Position numbers and translations under genes: made by a program. A stretch of DNA of 64,000 nucleotides from an archaeon HR01 (GTDB lineage Archaea > Thermoproteota > Nitrososphaeria_A > Caldarchaeales > Caldarchaeaceae), in assembly GCA_002898355.1 (NCBI GenBank), contig BEHD01000007.1, positions 8,793 through 72,792 on the forward strand. The letters run 5' to 3'. This document shows, piece by piece, positions 19,113-29,284 of this stretch (positions are counted from its first letter, which is position 1; the number at the start of each line of letters is the position of its first letter). The notes beneath the pieces are model-generated. The model worked only from the letters and a program-made list of their open reading frames with translations. It made no database searches and was not told where the DNA came from.

Positions 19113-20045
19113 TTATATCAGGGATGGGAGGACCTTCCCGGCGAAGTCTCTGAGGTTGGATGACTTGTTGTCGAGGTCTCTCAAGATGAACTGCTGGACA
19201 CCTAGGGATTCAAGCTCCTCCACCTGCCTCAGTATCCTGTCCGGCCCCCCATATAACAGGGTGAAGGTCCTCCTCAAGACCTCCTCGACGGAGTCGGCCT
19301 TGGGAAGTGGGCGGAACCTCTCAACCCTCTCATCCTCCGACTCGAAGACTAGGACGCTGGTGAATAAGGCCCTCGGTATCTTATGGGGTTCTCTCCCGTA
19401 TACACGGCATGCATCCTCAAAGATCTTCACCGCTTCCCGGTATTCTTCCACGGATTCGCCGTAGAAGTTCCAGCCAAAGCCTGTTTCGGCGGCCACCTTC
19501 ACCATCCTCTTCTTTCTCGCACCTATCCAGATGGGTGGGTGGGGCTTCTGAATTGGAGGTGTGTTGGCCCGGGCGTTTCTCAGCGTATAATATCTTCCCC
19601 GGAAACTGGCTGTGCCCTCCGCCGTAAGCAGTATCCTGATGACTTCCACATATTCTTTGAAGCCTTCATATCTCTCTACGCCACGTTGATACGGTATTCC
19701 TAGGGCTTCATGCTCCTCTCCCTGGGGCTCTGACCCGATGCCCAGTCCCAGCTCGACCCTTCCTCCGGAGATATGGTCGAGGGTTGCAACCATCTTGGCC
19801 AGAACTGCCGGATGCCTGTAGCTGTAGCAGAGGACCGTTGTCCCAAGCCTGGCGTCGCGTATGTGCTGGGAGATGGCTGCCATCACAGTCCATGTCTCGA
19901 ATACTGTGTTGGCCCTTGATGGCTGGAGGTGGTCTGTGAACCAGAGATATCTGAAGCCCCAGTCCCTGTAATCCTTGGCAAGAGCCAAGACCTCACCCCA
20001 GCCCAGATCATAGCGGGGAACCACTGCGCCGAAGACTGCCCCCAT
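19113..20045 (-). CDS. LLM-class (luciferase-like) flavin/F420-dependent oxidoreductase
   Basis: TIM-barrel LLM N-terminus (LGWGEVLALAKDYRDWGFRYLWFTDHL), 310 aa. Confidence 0.75.
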   Translation of the reverse strand: MGAVFGAVVPRYDLGWGEVLALAKDYRDWGFRYLWFTDHLQPSRANTVFETWTVMAAISQHIRDARLGTTVLCYSYRHPAVLAKMVATLDHISGGRVELGLGIGSEPQGEEHEALGIPYQRGVERYEGFKEYVEVIRILLTAEGTASFRGRYYTLRNARANTPPIQKPHPPIWIGARKKRMVKVAAETGFGWNFYGESVEEYREAVKIFEDACRVYGREPHKIPRALFTSVLVFESEDERVERFRPLPKADSVEEVLRRTFTLLYGGPDRILRQVEELESLGVQQFILRDLDNKSSNLRDFAGKVLPSLI

Positions 20046-20128
20046 AATACCTCTCCTGGAAAGCCCCGCAATAAGGCTTAAACATAGGGATAAATGGAGC
20101 CTTGAATAATAAAATCTTATTGGGGTAT

Positions 20129-20205
20129 AGCGGGGTAGGGTAGCCAGGTCAACCCGCCGGGCTCATAACCCGGAGATCCCTCGTTCGAATCGAGGCCCCG
20201 CTACC
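20129..20205 (+). tRNA. Initiator tRNA-Met (anticodon CAT)
   Basis: Hand-folded cloverleaf: acceptor AGCGGGG/CCCCGCT with an A1:U72 pair; D-stem GGGT/ACCC; anticodon stem CCGGG/CCCGG with three consecutive G:C pairs; loop CTCATAA; T-arm CCTCG-TTCGAAT-CGAGG; discriminator A. CCA is not encoded. Confidence 0.8.
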
Positions 20206-21155
20206 TACTCAAGGGTTAGCATCCCCATCTCCTTCAACCTACTGTATATCTGGATGGTCTCTCTTATCCCTTCCTCGGGTGGTGTGGAAGGCGGCCCCCC
20301 TATCTCCCTCCTGTATGCTGTGTCGTCTAGGTCCGCTGCGATGGGTAGCGGTGTCTCCTCGTAGGTGATGAGGGAGCCGGGTATGAGCCGTTGTATCATC
20401 CCAACAACCTCCGATACCTCCTCCACCTCCCCCCTGATATTGTAGACCCGCGCCCCCTGTATATCTGATAAAGCGCAGCGGACGAAGGCGTCGGCCACGT
20501 CTGCAGCGTACTGGAGGGCTATTCTTCCTCCGAACCTCACCTTGAAGGGTTGTCCAAGTAGTGCAGCCTTCACAGCCCTAGTTATATCCGCCGTGACACC
20601 CACATCCCGTCCGAATCCGTAGACGGTGTGCGGTCTCAGCCCTATGCTGCTGATGCCGTTTTCAATCCAGTAGGCGTTGGCTGTCAGCTCGTTGCAGACT
20701 TTGAAGGCGCCGTAGTGGGTTGACGGTTTGAGGACTACGTTCTCGGGTATAGGGCCTCCGCCGTACATTTCTGGTGGGCCGTATACGGCGGCTGAGCTGG
20801 CGTAAACCACCTGCTTTACACCGCCCACCTTCTTCACAGCCTCGAAGACCCTTAGGAAACCGGATACATTAACAGCGGCGCAGGCTATGGGGTCTGCCCT
20901 ACACTGTGGTATCTGGAAGGCCGCTAGGTGAATAACCCTGTCAACACCGTAATCCCTTATTATCTTCTCCACAGCCGAAGGTGTTGTGATGTCTGTCTCG
21001 ATGAAGGGTGTGTTGGCGATGTCGTCCACAAGAACGCCTAGGCGTGTCATATCTTTTCTAATGTCTGTCAAGACCGCTGGTATCCCCCGCCGTTTTAGAA
21101 CCCTAACCACCCAGGAGCCTATGAACCCCGTAGCGCCGGTAACCAGTATCGTCAC
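20205..21155 (-). CDS. NAD-dependent epimerase/dehydratase
   Basis: Rossmann motif ILVTGATGFIGSWVV; 316 aa. Confidence 0.8.
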   Translation of the reverse strand: MTILVTGATGFIGSWVVRVLKRRGIPAVLTDIRKDMTRLGVLVDDIANTPFIETDITTPSAVEKIIRDYGVDRVIHLAAFQIPQCRADPIACAAVNVSGFLRVFEAVKKVGGVKQVVYASSAAVYGPPEMYGGGPIPENVVLKPSTHYGAFKVCNELTANAYWIENGISSIGLRPHTVYGFGRDVGVTADITRAVKAALLGQPFKVRFGGRIALQYAADVADAFVRCALSDIQGARVYNIRGEVEEVSEVVGMIQRLIPGSLITYEETPLPIAADLDDTAYRREIGGPPSTPPEEGIRETIQIYSRLKEMGMLTLE

Positions 21156-21176
21156 ATGTCCCCACCTCTCAAAACC

Positions 21177-22118
21177 CTATATATGGATGTTGGCGTCGAT
21201 GTCCGACTCTGAGGGGATTGCCTCCTCATCGCCTCTAACAGTGACCACCAGGGTCCCGGCTATTATGGCCCTCTCCAAGGACTCCTTGAGTTTTCTTCCC
21301 TTGAGCTGGGATGTGATGAATGTGCCTGCGAATGCGTCGCCCGCACCTATGGGGTCCTCAACGTAGACGGGGATGGAGTCTGCTGAGGCCCTCTCGGATG
21401 AGGTGGCCGCCACAGCTCCCTTCTCACCCATCTTCACCACAACAGTCCCCACACCCATGGATAGGAAACCCCTCAGGATAGCCTCCAGCTCCGTCTCACC
21501 CAGCAGTATCCTAGAGTCTGCAGGGTCTGTGAAGAGGATGTCCGTCTTCTCTATTATGGGTTTTAACACCCTGGCGGCCCTCTCCTCCGAACGCCATAAC
21601 ACCGGCCTGATGTTGGTGTCAAAGGATATTGTTACTTCATCCCTGTATGCTGCATCTACGGCCTTGTAGGTTGCCTCCCTGGCCGATTCGCTGAGGGCTG
21701 GGGTTATCCCAGTCACGTGAAAGACTTTAGCAGAGCCAATATATTCGGGGTCTATGTCTGATGGTGAGAGCCGGCTACCCGCAGAGCCTGACCTATAGTA
21801 GAACATCCTACTCTTGGATGGTATGGGGAAGCCCCTCTGGACAAAGTATATCCCGGTCGGCGCATCAGGGTCAATCCTGACCTGGCTGACATCCACCTCC
21901 TCACCCCTCAGCCATGCGAGGATGGCCTTTCCGAACTCGTCGTCGCCAACCCTCGTGATTATGCCTGAGGAGATACCCTGCCGCCTTGCGGTGACCGCTA
22001 CGGTGGTCTCCGCACCTGCGATATGCCTCTCATAAAGGGTTACATGGCGTAGAGGACCCCGGGAGAGTGCGTTGAACTGGATTAGAGACTCCCCCAGCGC
22101 CACAAGCTCTGGCTTCAT
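21177..22118 (-). CDS. PfkB-family sugar kinase (KDG kinase/ribokinase-like)
   Basis: C-terminal DPIGAGDAFAGTF motif (PfkB signature 2). Confidence 0.75.
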   Translation of the reverse strand: MKPELVALGESLIQFNALSRGPLRHVTLYERHIAGAETTVAVTARRQGISSGIITRVGDDEFGKAILAWLRGEEVDVSQVRIDPDAPTGIYFVQRGFPIPSKSRMFYYRSGSAGSRLSPSDIDPEYIGSAKVFHVTGITPALSESAREATYKAVDAAYRDEVTISFDTNIRPVLWRSEERAARVLKPIIEKTDILFTDPADSRILLGETELEAILRGFLSMGVGTVVVKMGEKGAVAATSSERASADSIPVYVEDPIGAGDAFAGTFITSQLKGRKLKESLERAIIAGTLVVTVRGDEEAIPSESDIDANIHI

Positions 22119-23023
22119 GGCTTTACCGCTATCTCCTCCTCCCTTGGGAGTAGCCTGTCAAGTGTCTCGGCCTCCTGCTCTGTAAGCTGCCGGGTTGGTG
22201 GAATAGGACCGCCAATATCCACACCTCTTCTGAGTAGGGCGTACCTGTTTGATGCCAGGTCGGGCCCTATCTTCTTCAGGATGGCCCTAACCCTGTTGAG
22301 GAGGTTCTGGAGCCTCAGGGCTTCCTCTATTCTCCCATCCCTGACATATCTGTGGATGCCTGCAGCTATCTCGGGATATATTGTGGCGAGGGAGCTGATG
22401 TGGGCCCTGTATCCGATAATGAAGCTGTAGGCCATGAGATGGTCTCCCCCGGAGGCGAGGAATCTTTCACCGCCGTATCTCTGGATGGCCTGGAGAAGGA
22501 TGTCTGGGTCTCCGCTGCTATCTTTAAGCCCCAGCCTGGGCCTAACCGTCTCTAGGATTCTTGACAGCTCTTCGAATGGGATGCTGTACCCCTGTCTTCC
22601 AGGGTTGTTGTAGAGGAGTACCGGGATGTCGACGGTGTTGGCTAGGGTTTGGTAGAAGTTGATGAGGGATTGGGAGTCGTATCTGTAGTAGAAGGGCGCC
22701 ACGGCGGATACCGCATGTGCTCCAATCCTGGCCGCATGCTTTGCCAGCCAGAGGACGGTGTCAATGTCTGAGGAGCCTACATGAATTATCACCAGGCCTT
22801 TTGAGCCCGCAGCCTCCACAGCTGCCTCGGCGACCTCAGCCCTTCTCTCCCTACCCAGCTTCGCTCCCTCACCGGTAGTCCCCAGGACGAAGAAACCTCT
22901 AACACCGTTTCTGAGATGAAATTCCACCAGCTCAGCCATCTTCTCTCTCAAATCAACCGTAGGCGTCAGCGTGGCCGAGATAACCCCTTCAAAATCTAAC
23001 AGCTCCACGGAGGCACATACCAC
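22115..23023 (-). CDS. DapA-family class I aldolase (KD(P)G aldolase / dihydrodipicolinate synthase-like)
   Basis: GFFVLGTTGEG motif; 302 aa; overlaps the kinase gene by 4 nt. Confidence 0.7.
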   Translation of the reverse strand: MVCASVELLDFEGVISATLTPTVDLREKMAELVEFHLRNGVRGFFVLGTTGEGAKLGRERRAEVAEAAVEAAGSKGLVIIHVGSSDIDTVLWLAKHAARIGAHAVSAVAPFYYRYDSQSLINFYQTLANTVDIPVLLYNNPGRQGYSIPFEELSRILETVRPRLGLKDSSGDPDILLQAIQRYGGERFLASGGDHLMAYSFIIGYRAHISSLATIYPEIAAGIHRYVRDGRIEEALRLQNLLNRVRAILKKIGPDLASNRYALLRRGVDIGGPIPPTRQLTEQEAETLDRLLPREEEIAVKP

Positions 23024-23085
23024 TGGCTGGGTATAAGTTTTTACATGTTAGTGCTTATTTACAGGCTGTCCCAACAACATCTGCG

Positions 23086-23850
23086 ATGAAGCCCAACAGA
23101 CTTAAGGAGAAACTTTCAACCGATTCCCCATGTCTGGGAACCTTCGCCACAATACCAAACCCATCGGTGGTGGAGATGATAGCCTACGCGGGATTCGACT
23201 TTGTAATCATCGATATGGAGCATGGGGTTATGGATTTGGAGTCGGTGGAGAACATGGTGCGGGCGGCCGACATACACGGCCTCACATCGATTGTGAGGGT
23301 TCCGGAAAACAGTGAGAGCAGTATCTTGAGGGCTTTGGAGACCGGCGCCCAAGGTGTGGAGGTGCCCCACGTGGATGACCGGGAGAGCGCCCGGAGGGCG
23401 GTGGAGGCCGTCAAGTACTATCCGGAAGGCCGGAGAGGTGTTTCACCCTACACAAGGGCTGGGGGATACTCCAGCATACCGCCATCGGAACATTTCACAA
23501 CATCCAACAGGGAGACCATGGTAATCCTCCACATCGAGGGGAGGAAAGGGGTTGAAAACCTAGATGAGATACTGGCGGTCAAGGGTGTGGACGTCCTCTT
23601 CGCAGGCCCCTACGACCTCTCCCAATCCTACGGAGTCCCAGGTAGGATAGATGACCCCAGGGTCGTCGAGGGGATGAACATCCTCATCAGGAAATGTAGG
23701 GAGAGGAACGTGTATCCAGGCACATTCTCCGCCAGCGTTGAGATGGCAAAGAGGTGGATAGCAGCGGGTATAAGATACATGGCCTACTCTGTTGACGTAG
23801 GCATATTCTATGAGGCGCTCAAAAACTCGGTGGAGATTATCCGGGGCTAG
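23086..23850 (+). CDS. HpcH/HpaI-family aldolase (2-keto-3-deoxy acid aldolase / citrate lyase beta-like)
   Basis: VIIDMEHG motif and about 250 aa TIM barrel. Confidence 0.7.
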   Translation: MKPNRLKEKLSTDSPCLGTFATIPNPSVVEMIAYAGFDFVIIDMEHGVMDLESVENMVRAADIHGLTSIVRVPENSESSILRALETGAQGVEVPHVDDRESARRAVEAVKYYPEGRRGVSPYTRAGGYSSIPPSEHFTTSNRETMVILHIEGRKGVENLDEILAVKGVDVLFAGPYDLSQSYGVPGRIDDPRVVEGMNILIRKCRERNVYPGTFSASVEMAKRWIAAGIRYMAYSVDVGIFYEALKNSVEIIRG

Positions 23851-24929
23851 GTCATCTTGCCCCTCGCCTTCACCTGCCAGACATAGGCCACCCGATCTCC
23901 TTCAACTCCGTAGATGATGTCAAACTGGTTGACGCAGGGGCATACGTGGTAGGGGATGAAGGACAGCCTTTCACCCAGCTTCACCCTAGAGCCCGCATCG
24001 CCCTTAAGCCTCACCCACCCATGCTCCTCCGAGAACTTGTAAATCTCAACACCCTCAACACCTACACAGACAGGGTATCTCCCCATGTCAAGATGGAAGG
24101 CTTTAGAGCCTGCGTCGATAGCGCATCTCTCATTGGAGGTTTTGCTCATGACCGTCGTCAATACTTTTAGGGCGCATGTCTCAGGCTTGGCGGCCTCCCT
24201 CTCCACCAGATACCAGTCGTTGAAGACATACATGCCTGGCTGGAGCTCTGTCACCTCCTCACATGTTGCACTCCGCCGAACCGTGGCCGATGAACCCATG
24301 CTCACAATTCCGGGCTCTATCCCCCTCCTCCGAATATCCTTCACCGCCTCGATGGTTAGACGTATCGACTCGTCTATGAGCCTTCTCCTCTCCTCGGGTT
24401 CGAGGGGTCCCCCCGCATGGCCCTCATAGCTCATCACACCCACGAGCTTCAACCCCTCCGTCCCAACCACAGCCTCGGCCAGTAGGCCAGCCTTGTCAGG
24501 CTCAACACCAGTTCTATGCATCCCGCTATCCACATCAACGTAGACACCTAGCTCCACCCCCGCCTCCCTACACACCCTACCCAGCTCCTGAACGTTTTGA
24601 GGGTCGTCAACAGCCACCGAGAGCTCTATCTTCTCCGCCAGCCTCACCAGCCTGGCCATCTTCTGTGCTCCCACAACCTCATTACTGATGAAGATATCGT
24701 CTATGCCTTCGGCCGCCATCACCTCAGCCTCACCCAGCTTCTGGACGCATATACCTCCAGCACCTGCAGATAGCTGCATCTTGGCTATCTCCGGGACCTT
24801 ATGGGTTTTGACATGGGGCCTCAGCCTCTTCCCCAAGCCTCTGGCGAAGGAAGCCATATCCTCGATATTCCTCCTTAGAACCCCTACATCCACAACCAAG
24901 GCTGGAGTATCTATCTCATCCCTGTACAT
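23847..24929 (-). CDS. PLP-dependent DSD1/alanine-racemase-N-like enzyme (D-serine dehydratase / D-threonine aldolase family)
   Basis: N-terminus TPALVVDVGVLRRNIEDM...PHVKTHK (PLP-binding Lys in the HxKT context). Confidence 0.6.
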   Translation of the reverse strand: MYRDEIDTPALVVDVGVLRRNIEDMASFARGLGKRLRPHVKTHKVPEIAKMQLSAGAGGICVQKLGEAEVMAAEGIDDIFISNEVVGAQKMARLVRLAEKIELSVAVDDPQNVQELGRVCREAGVELGVYVDVDSGMHRTGVEPDKAGLLAEAVVGTEGLKLVGVMSYEGHAGGPLEPEERRRLIDESIRLTIEAVKDIRRRGIEPGIVSMGSSATVRRSATCEEVTELQPGMYVFNDWYLVEREAAKPETCALKVLTTVMSKTSNERCAIDAGSKAFHLDMGRYPVCVGVEGVEIYKFSEEHGWVRLKGDAGSRVKLGERLSFIPYHVCPCVNQFDIIYGVEGDRVAYVWQVKARGKMT

Positions 24930-24951
24930 GGCATTGGTGGTGCCTCGCAGG

Positions 24952-25701
24952 CTATAATAGTTTAACAGTGTCGCCCAGCCTTATCAGGCCAGGCTCCAAG
25001 ACGGTGCAGTAGAACCCCATAAACCCCCTGTAATCCGAGTATATCTTCTTCAATATCTCGTTTTTCCGGCCGAGCCCCGGCTGGGGTAGAGTGGTTATCA
25101 CGCATCGCCTAGTTCTCCGGATGGCCTTAAGCCTCACACCGCCTGCTACAAGCTCCCTATCTATCACCTCCTCCTCCCTGACAGGTGAGCCAGCGCATAC
25201 AACGATGTTGGGTCTGAACCTCTCGGCCGCCGCCTCCCCCAGCTGGGATGCCAGCATACCAAGGTTCTCCTCGAAGACAACATGGACAGGCGCCGAGTCC
25301 TTGAAAGAGTTCTCCATGGTTTCACCCACCTCATACTCCTGGCGGTGGGACAACTCCTCTATTCTCGGCCAGTATCCCAGATATTTCATCCGCCCCTCCG
25401 CGTTGGATATCAAGGATATACGTCTGCCGAGGAATTGGGAGAGGCCCCAGCTTATCCCGCCACCCTCCAAGACCTCGCCCGATGGTAGCTTGATCTTTAG
25501 GGATGGGTTTAGCATGGCCTGCAGATATAGCAATCTTCCATAAAGATACGGGTTTTTACAGCTGGCCAGAAACCCCGTATCGTGGTCGTAGACTGCATAG
25601 GCCCTATCTCCTGATAGGCCGTCATATCCCACCTCAGCCAGCTCCAGAGCCTCACCCAGCATGGACTTGACTGGGTATCTCCACAGGGCCTTGACATACA
25701 C
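24952..25701 (-). CDS. MOSC-domain protein
   Basis: N-terminus ALWRYPVKSMLGE...GLSGDRAY, typical of MOSC beta-barrel domain proteins. Confidence 0.65.
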   Translation of the reverse strand: MYVKALWRYPVKSMLGEALELAEVGYDGLSGDRAYAVYDHDTGFLASCKNPYLYGRLLYLQAMLNPSLKIKLPSGEVLEGGGISWGLSQFLGRRISLISNAEGRMKYLGYWPRIEELSHRQEYEVGETMENSFKDSAPVHVVFEENLGMLASQLGEAAAERFRPNIVVCAGSPVREEEVIDRELVAGGVRLKAIRRTRRCVITTLPQPGLGRKNEILKKIYSDYRGFMGFYCTVLEPGLIRLGDTVKLL

Positions 25702-25708
25702 GCCGTCG

Positions 25709-26482
25709 TCACACTAGGGAGAGGTATATACGTCTGTTGGCCCTACCCTTATTCTCCAGCTTCACCAGCCTCACCCCACCAACCTCCGCCGTGTTTCTGA
25801 CGTGGGGGCCGCCGTCAGCCTGTATGTCGACACCCTCTATCTCCACAACCCTGAGGACCGGGATATCCGGAGGTAGCTTCGAGGCCAGCTTAACCATGCC
25901 CGGAGTTTTAAGGGCCCTCTCCCATTCCATATAGTAAGTTTTCACCTCCCGCCCCTGGGCCATCAACCTGTTCGACTCCTCCACGCACTCCTCCATCGTA
26001 GCCCTGTCAAACCTCTCCAAGCTAAAGTCTACACGGGCCATCTCGGGGCTGACGTTGTTACCTGTTATAAGGGCTGAGGTCTTCTCCATCATAACCGCCG
26101 AAAGCACATGTATAGCTGTGTGGAGCCTCATGATGCGGTATCTCCTCTCCCAGTCGAGGACACCCTCCACCAAGGCCCCCCTCTCCGGCATCCCGCCGTC
26201 CAACACGTGGATGACCCATGGAGGCGCCATCCTAGCCTCCACTACTTTAGCCTCGGAGCCTCCGAAGGATAACTTCCCCCTATCCGACTCCAACCCACCA
26301 CCTGTAGGGTGGAAAGCTGTCCTGTCGAGAATAACTCCGCCATCCCTAACATCCACCACAGAGGCCTCAAAAACTCTGATGTAGGAGTCGTCCAGATACA
26401 GAAGCTTCGTCCCACCCTCCATGGAGGCCACACCTCCTCCCCGGACAATAAGCCTATCGCAAAAATTTAATATAGCCCACAC
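25709..26482 (-). CDS. AlaX-like tRNA editing-domain protein (alanyl-tRNA synthetase-related)
   Basis: HTAIH (HxxxH) zinc motif and a downstream GGPHV motif resembling the AlaRS editing-domain second zinc site. Confidence 0.5.
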   Translation of the reverse strand: MWAILNFCDRLIVRGGGVASMEGGTKLLYLDDSYIRVFEASVVDVRDGGVILDRTAFHPTGGGLESDRGKLSFGGSEAKVVEARMAPPWVIHVLDGGMPERGALVEGVLDWERRYRIMRLHTAIHVLSAVMMEKTSALITGNNVSPEMARVDFSLERFDRATMEECVEESNRLMAQGREVKTYYMEWERALKTPGMVKLASKLPPDIPVLRVVEIEGVDIQADGGPHVRNTAEVGGVRLVKLENKGRANRRIYLSLV

Positions 26483-26498
26483 CGTGGCCCTCTAAGAT

Positions 26499-27887
26499 TT
26501 GGCCAGGTATCTGTTGAGGGGTGGTTTCGTAATCCCGGTGGACGGCAGTAGAAGGATTATCCGGGACGGATGCGTCATGGTGGAGGATGACAGGATTGCT
26601 ATGGTGGGTGAATGGGAGGCGGTCCAGCCACATGCTGCGGGGGCGGAGGTTGTCGACTGCAGAGACTGCATTATATTGCCTGGGCTTATAGATACCCATG
26701 TCCACCTGGCCCAGGCCCTCCTCAGGGGTGTTGTACCGGACAACCTAACCTTGATACCGTGGCTGAGGGATTGGGTCTGGAGGTTTCTCGGCGTATATGA
26801 TAGGGAGGATGGAAGGGCCAGCGCACAGCTATGCATCCTGGAGATGCTTAAGACTGGGACCACAGCCTTCATCGAGATACACCTCCACTCCAGATATGGC
26901 TTCGACGGTATAGCCGAAGCTGTGGAGAAATCTGGCATCAGGGGTGTACTCTCCAAGACCATTATGGATATGAAGGGTTATGCTGTAGAGGATAATATTA
27001 TGCCGCAGAGCATGGTGGAGGATGGGGATGCCTGCATAAGAGAGTTCAAGGAGATGCATAGGCGTTGGAATGGGAAGGCTGGAGGACGTATAGACGTCTG
27101 GCTCGGATTGAGGAGCGCTGGCGCTGTCTCAGACGAGCTCTACTACGAATGCGCAGCCCTGGCCAAGGAATATGATGCGGGTATAACCAACCATGTGGCT
27201 GAGGTAAAGGAGGACATCGCATACTACAGGGAGAGATACGGAACTGGACCAGCTGGGTTTCTCGAAAAATTCAACATGTTGGGCGAGAGACGTGTATACG
27301 CCCACTGTGTATGGCTGACGGAGGAGGATATGAGAAAATTCGCCGCCACGGGAACTACAGTCTCCCACTGTCCTTCATCCAACATGAAGCTTGGCTCCGG
27401 CATAGCCCCCGTCTCGGATATGTTGAGGCTTGGAGTTAATGTCGGTCTCGGATGCGATGGCGGGCCCAGCAACGACAGCTATGACATGATAAGGGAGATG
27501 AAGATGGCCGTCCTCCTCCAGAAGGTTAGAACCCTTGACCCAGGCTGTATATCTGCCTGGGATGTCCTCGAGATGGCCACTAGAAACGGCGCTAGGGCCA
27601 TGGGTAAGCTCAAAACGCTGGGCAGCCTTGAAGCCGGTAAAAAAGCCGACATCGTGGTGGTCAGCCTGAGAAACCCCACTCTAACACCATACTCCAACCC
27701 CCTCTCCCTACTGGTTTACGCCGCATCAGGCGAACATGTACGGGATGTAATGATCGACGGCAGGTTTGTGGTGAGGGATAGGGAAGTTCTCACAATGGAT
27801 GAGGAGGAGGTGCGAAATAGAGCCAACAAGCATCTACAGAGAATCCTCGACAAGGTGGGTGGATTGGACCTCACCAAGACAATCTAA
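26499..27887 (+). CDS. Amidohydrolase-family deaminase (MTA/SAH deaminase / chlorohydrolase-like)
   Basis: ILPGLIDTHVHL metal-binding motif; 462 aa. Confidence 0.7.
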   Translation: MARYLLRGGFVIPVDGSRRIIRDGCVMVEDDRIAMVGEWEAVQPHAAGAEVVDCRDCIILPGLIDTHVHLAQALLRGVVPDNLTLIPWLRDWVWRFLGVYDREDGRASAQLCILEMLKTGTTAFIEIHLHSRYGFDGIAEAVEKSGIRGVLSKTIMDMKGYAVEDNIMPQSMVEDGDACIREFKEMHRRWNGKAGGRIDVWLGLRSAGAVSDELYYECAALAKEYDAGITNHVAEVKEDIAYYRERYGTGPAGFLEKFNMLGERRVYAHCVWLTEEDMRKFAATGTTVSHCPSSNMKLGSGIAPVSDMLRLGVNVGLGCDGGPSNDSYDMIREMKMAVLLQKVRTLDPGCISAWDVLEMATRNGARAMGKLKTLGSLEAGKKADIVVVSLRNPTLTPYSNPLSLLVYAASGEHVRDVMIDGRFVVRDREVLTMDEEEVRNRANKHLQRILDKVGGLDLTKTI

Positions 27888-27957
27888 TCCATAGGCGGTC
27901 TTGGCTGGAATGGTTTTTAAGGTGGTGCACGGGATTCCACCAAACAGGATGCTGTAA

Positions 27958-29121
27958 ATGACCGCGACTGCTTCACAGGCGATGACAGAGGATTTTAAAT
28001 GGGTTTACGACGATGAACCGCTCACCAAGGTGTTAGGGATATTCACCGAGACAGGTGAGGATGTTGTTGTGGTGGTGGACCGGGGCTCGGGCCAGATGGT
28101 GGGTGTAATAAACAAGAAGTTGATTATTAAGCCGAGGCTAAACCCCACCAACCTCCTCGCCAGGACGGTCATACAGAAGCCGCCACGCATAACACCCGAT
28201 ACTGAGATACCCGAGGCCGCTAGGCTTATGCTTGAATCAGGTCTGAGGTCGGCCCCAATAGTCTCAGACGGAAAACCAGTGGGTATAGTTAGGGCTCTGG
28301 ACCTGGTGGATGCTATGGCCGACCTCCTAAATGATGTTAGGGTGGCGGACGTGATGACCCGTGACCCTATAACTGTCGGTGCCGGCGAGACTATAGGTAA
28401 GGCGGTCTCCCTCATGAGGGATAACGGCGTTTCGAGGCTTCCCGTGGTGGATGGTGGGAGGCTGGTGGGTATAGTGACCGTCCAGGATATCGTTGAAAAG
28501 CTCGTAAAGCCGAGGGAGAGAATCTCCCGGGGAGACCTGATCGGTGAGAAGGTGGCTACGCTGGGCAACAGTGTATCCAGCATCATGTCCAGGCATGTAT
28601 ATACTACGAACCCGTCGGAGAGCCTCCTCTCGGCGGTGGAGAGGATGAAGACACAGAGGGTTACCTCGCTAGTGGTTACGGACAGGAATAGGGTGGTTGG
28701 GATACTTACCGTAATGGACGCCCTGGGGCCTGTAGCGGCTAAGGCCAAGAAGGGCGGAGAAGCCTTGAACATCCAAGTCTCCTACAAACTCCCAAGTATA
28801 GATGTCGACGATAAAGAGAGGGTTATGGAGGTTGTCCAACAGTTCATCAGACGGTTCGGACGGTCGATAGGAGCTGGAACCCTGAGCCTCTATTTCAAAG
28901 CCCACAAAGAGAAGCATGGTGACATGCATATGATACACTGTAGGGCCAGGCTCAAAACCGACAGATACCAGTTTGTGGGTGTAGGGGAGGCCTGGAGGGC
29001 TGATTTCGCTGCAAGGTCTGCGTTGGAGAGGATTGAGAGGCAGTTCCTTGTGAGGAGGGAGTTGGCCGCCAGATATCCCTACGCCGACGAACTTCTGGAC
29101 ACACTTACAGGGGGCTACTGA
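27958..29121 (+). CDS. CBS-domain protein with an uncharacterised C-terminal domain
   Basis: Multiple CBS-pair-like repeats (e.g. DVMTRDPITVGAGETIGKAVSLMRDNGVSRLPVVD). Confidence 0.55.
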   Translation: MTATASQAMTEDFKWVYDDEPLTKVLGIFTETGEDVVVVVDRGSGQMVGVINKKLIIKPRLNPTNLLARTVIQKPPRITPDTEIPEAARLMLESGLRSAPIVSDGKPVGIVRALDLVDAMADLLNDVRVADVMTRDPITVGAGETIGKAVSLMRDNGVSRLPVVDGGRLVGIVTVQDIVEKLVKPRERISRGDLIGEKVATLGNSVSSIMSRHVYTTNPSESLLSAVERMKTQRVTSLVVTDRNRVVGILTVMDALGPVAAKAKKGGEALNIQVSYKLPSIDVDDKERVMEVVQQFIRRFGRSIGAGTLSLYFKAHKEKHGDMHMIHCRARLKTDRYQFVGVGEAWRADFAARSALERIERQFLVRRELAARYPYADELLDTLTGGY

Positions 29122-29284
29122 GTATCTGAAACCATCCTAGCGTATTCGTCGGCATCCATCTCCAGTATAACGGGCCCGACATAGTCGCATTCGCTGCACC
29201 TGTAAACCTTTCCAAGATAGCCCCCCATATAGAGGGTTATAGTGGCCTTCTTACATACCGGGCAGATCTCTATAGTCCTCGCCA

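Noticed and set aside
28005-28772. 255-aa antisense ORF, Ser/Thr-rich, inside the CBS-domain gene
   Set aside because: Low-complexity translation of the reverse strand of a well-supported gene; shadow ORF.
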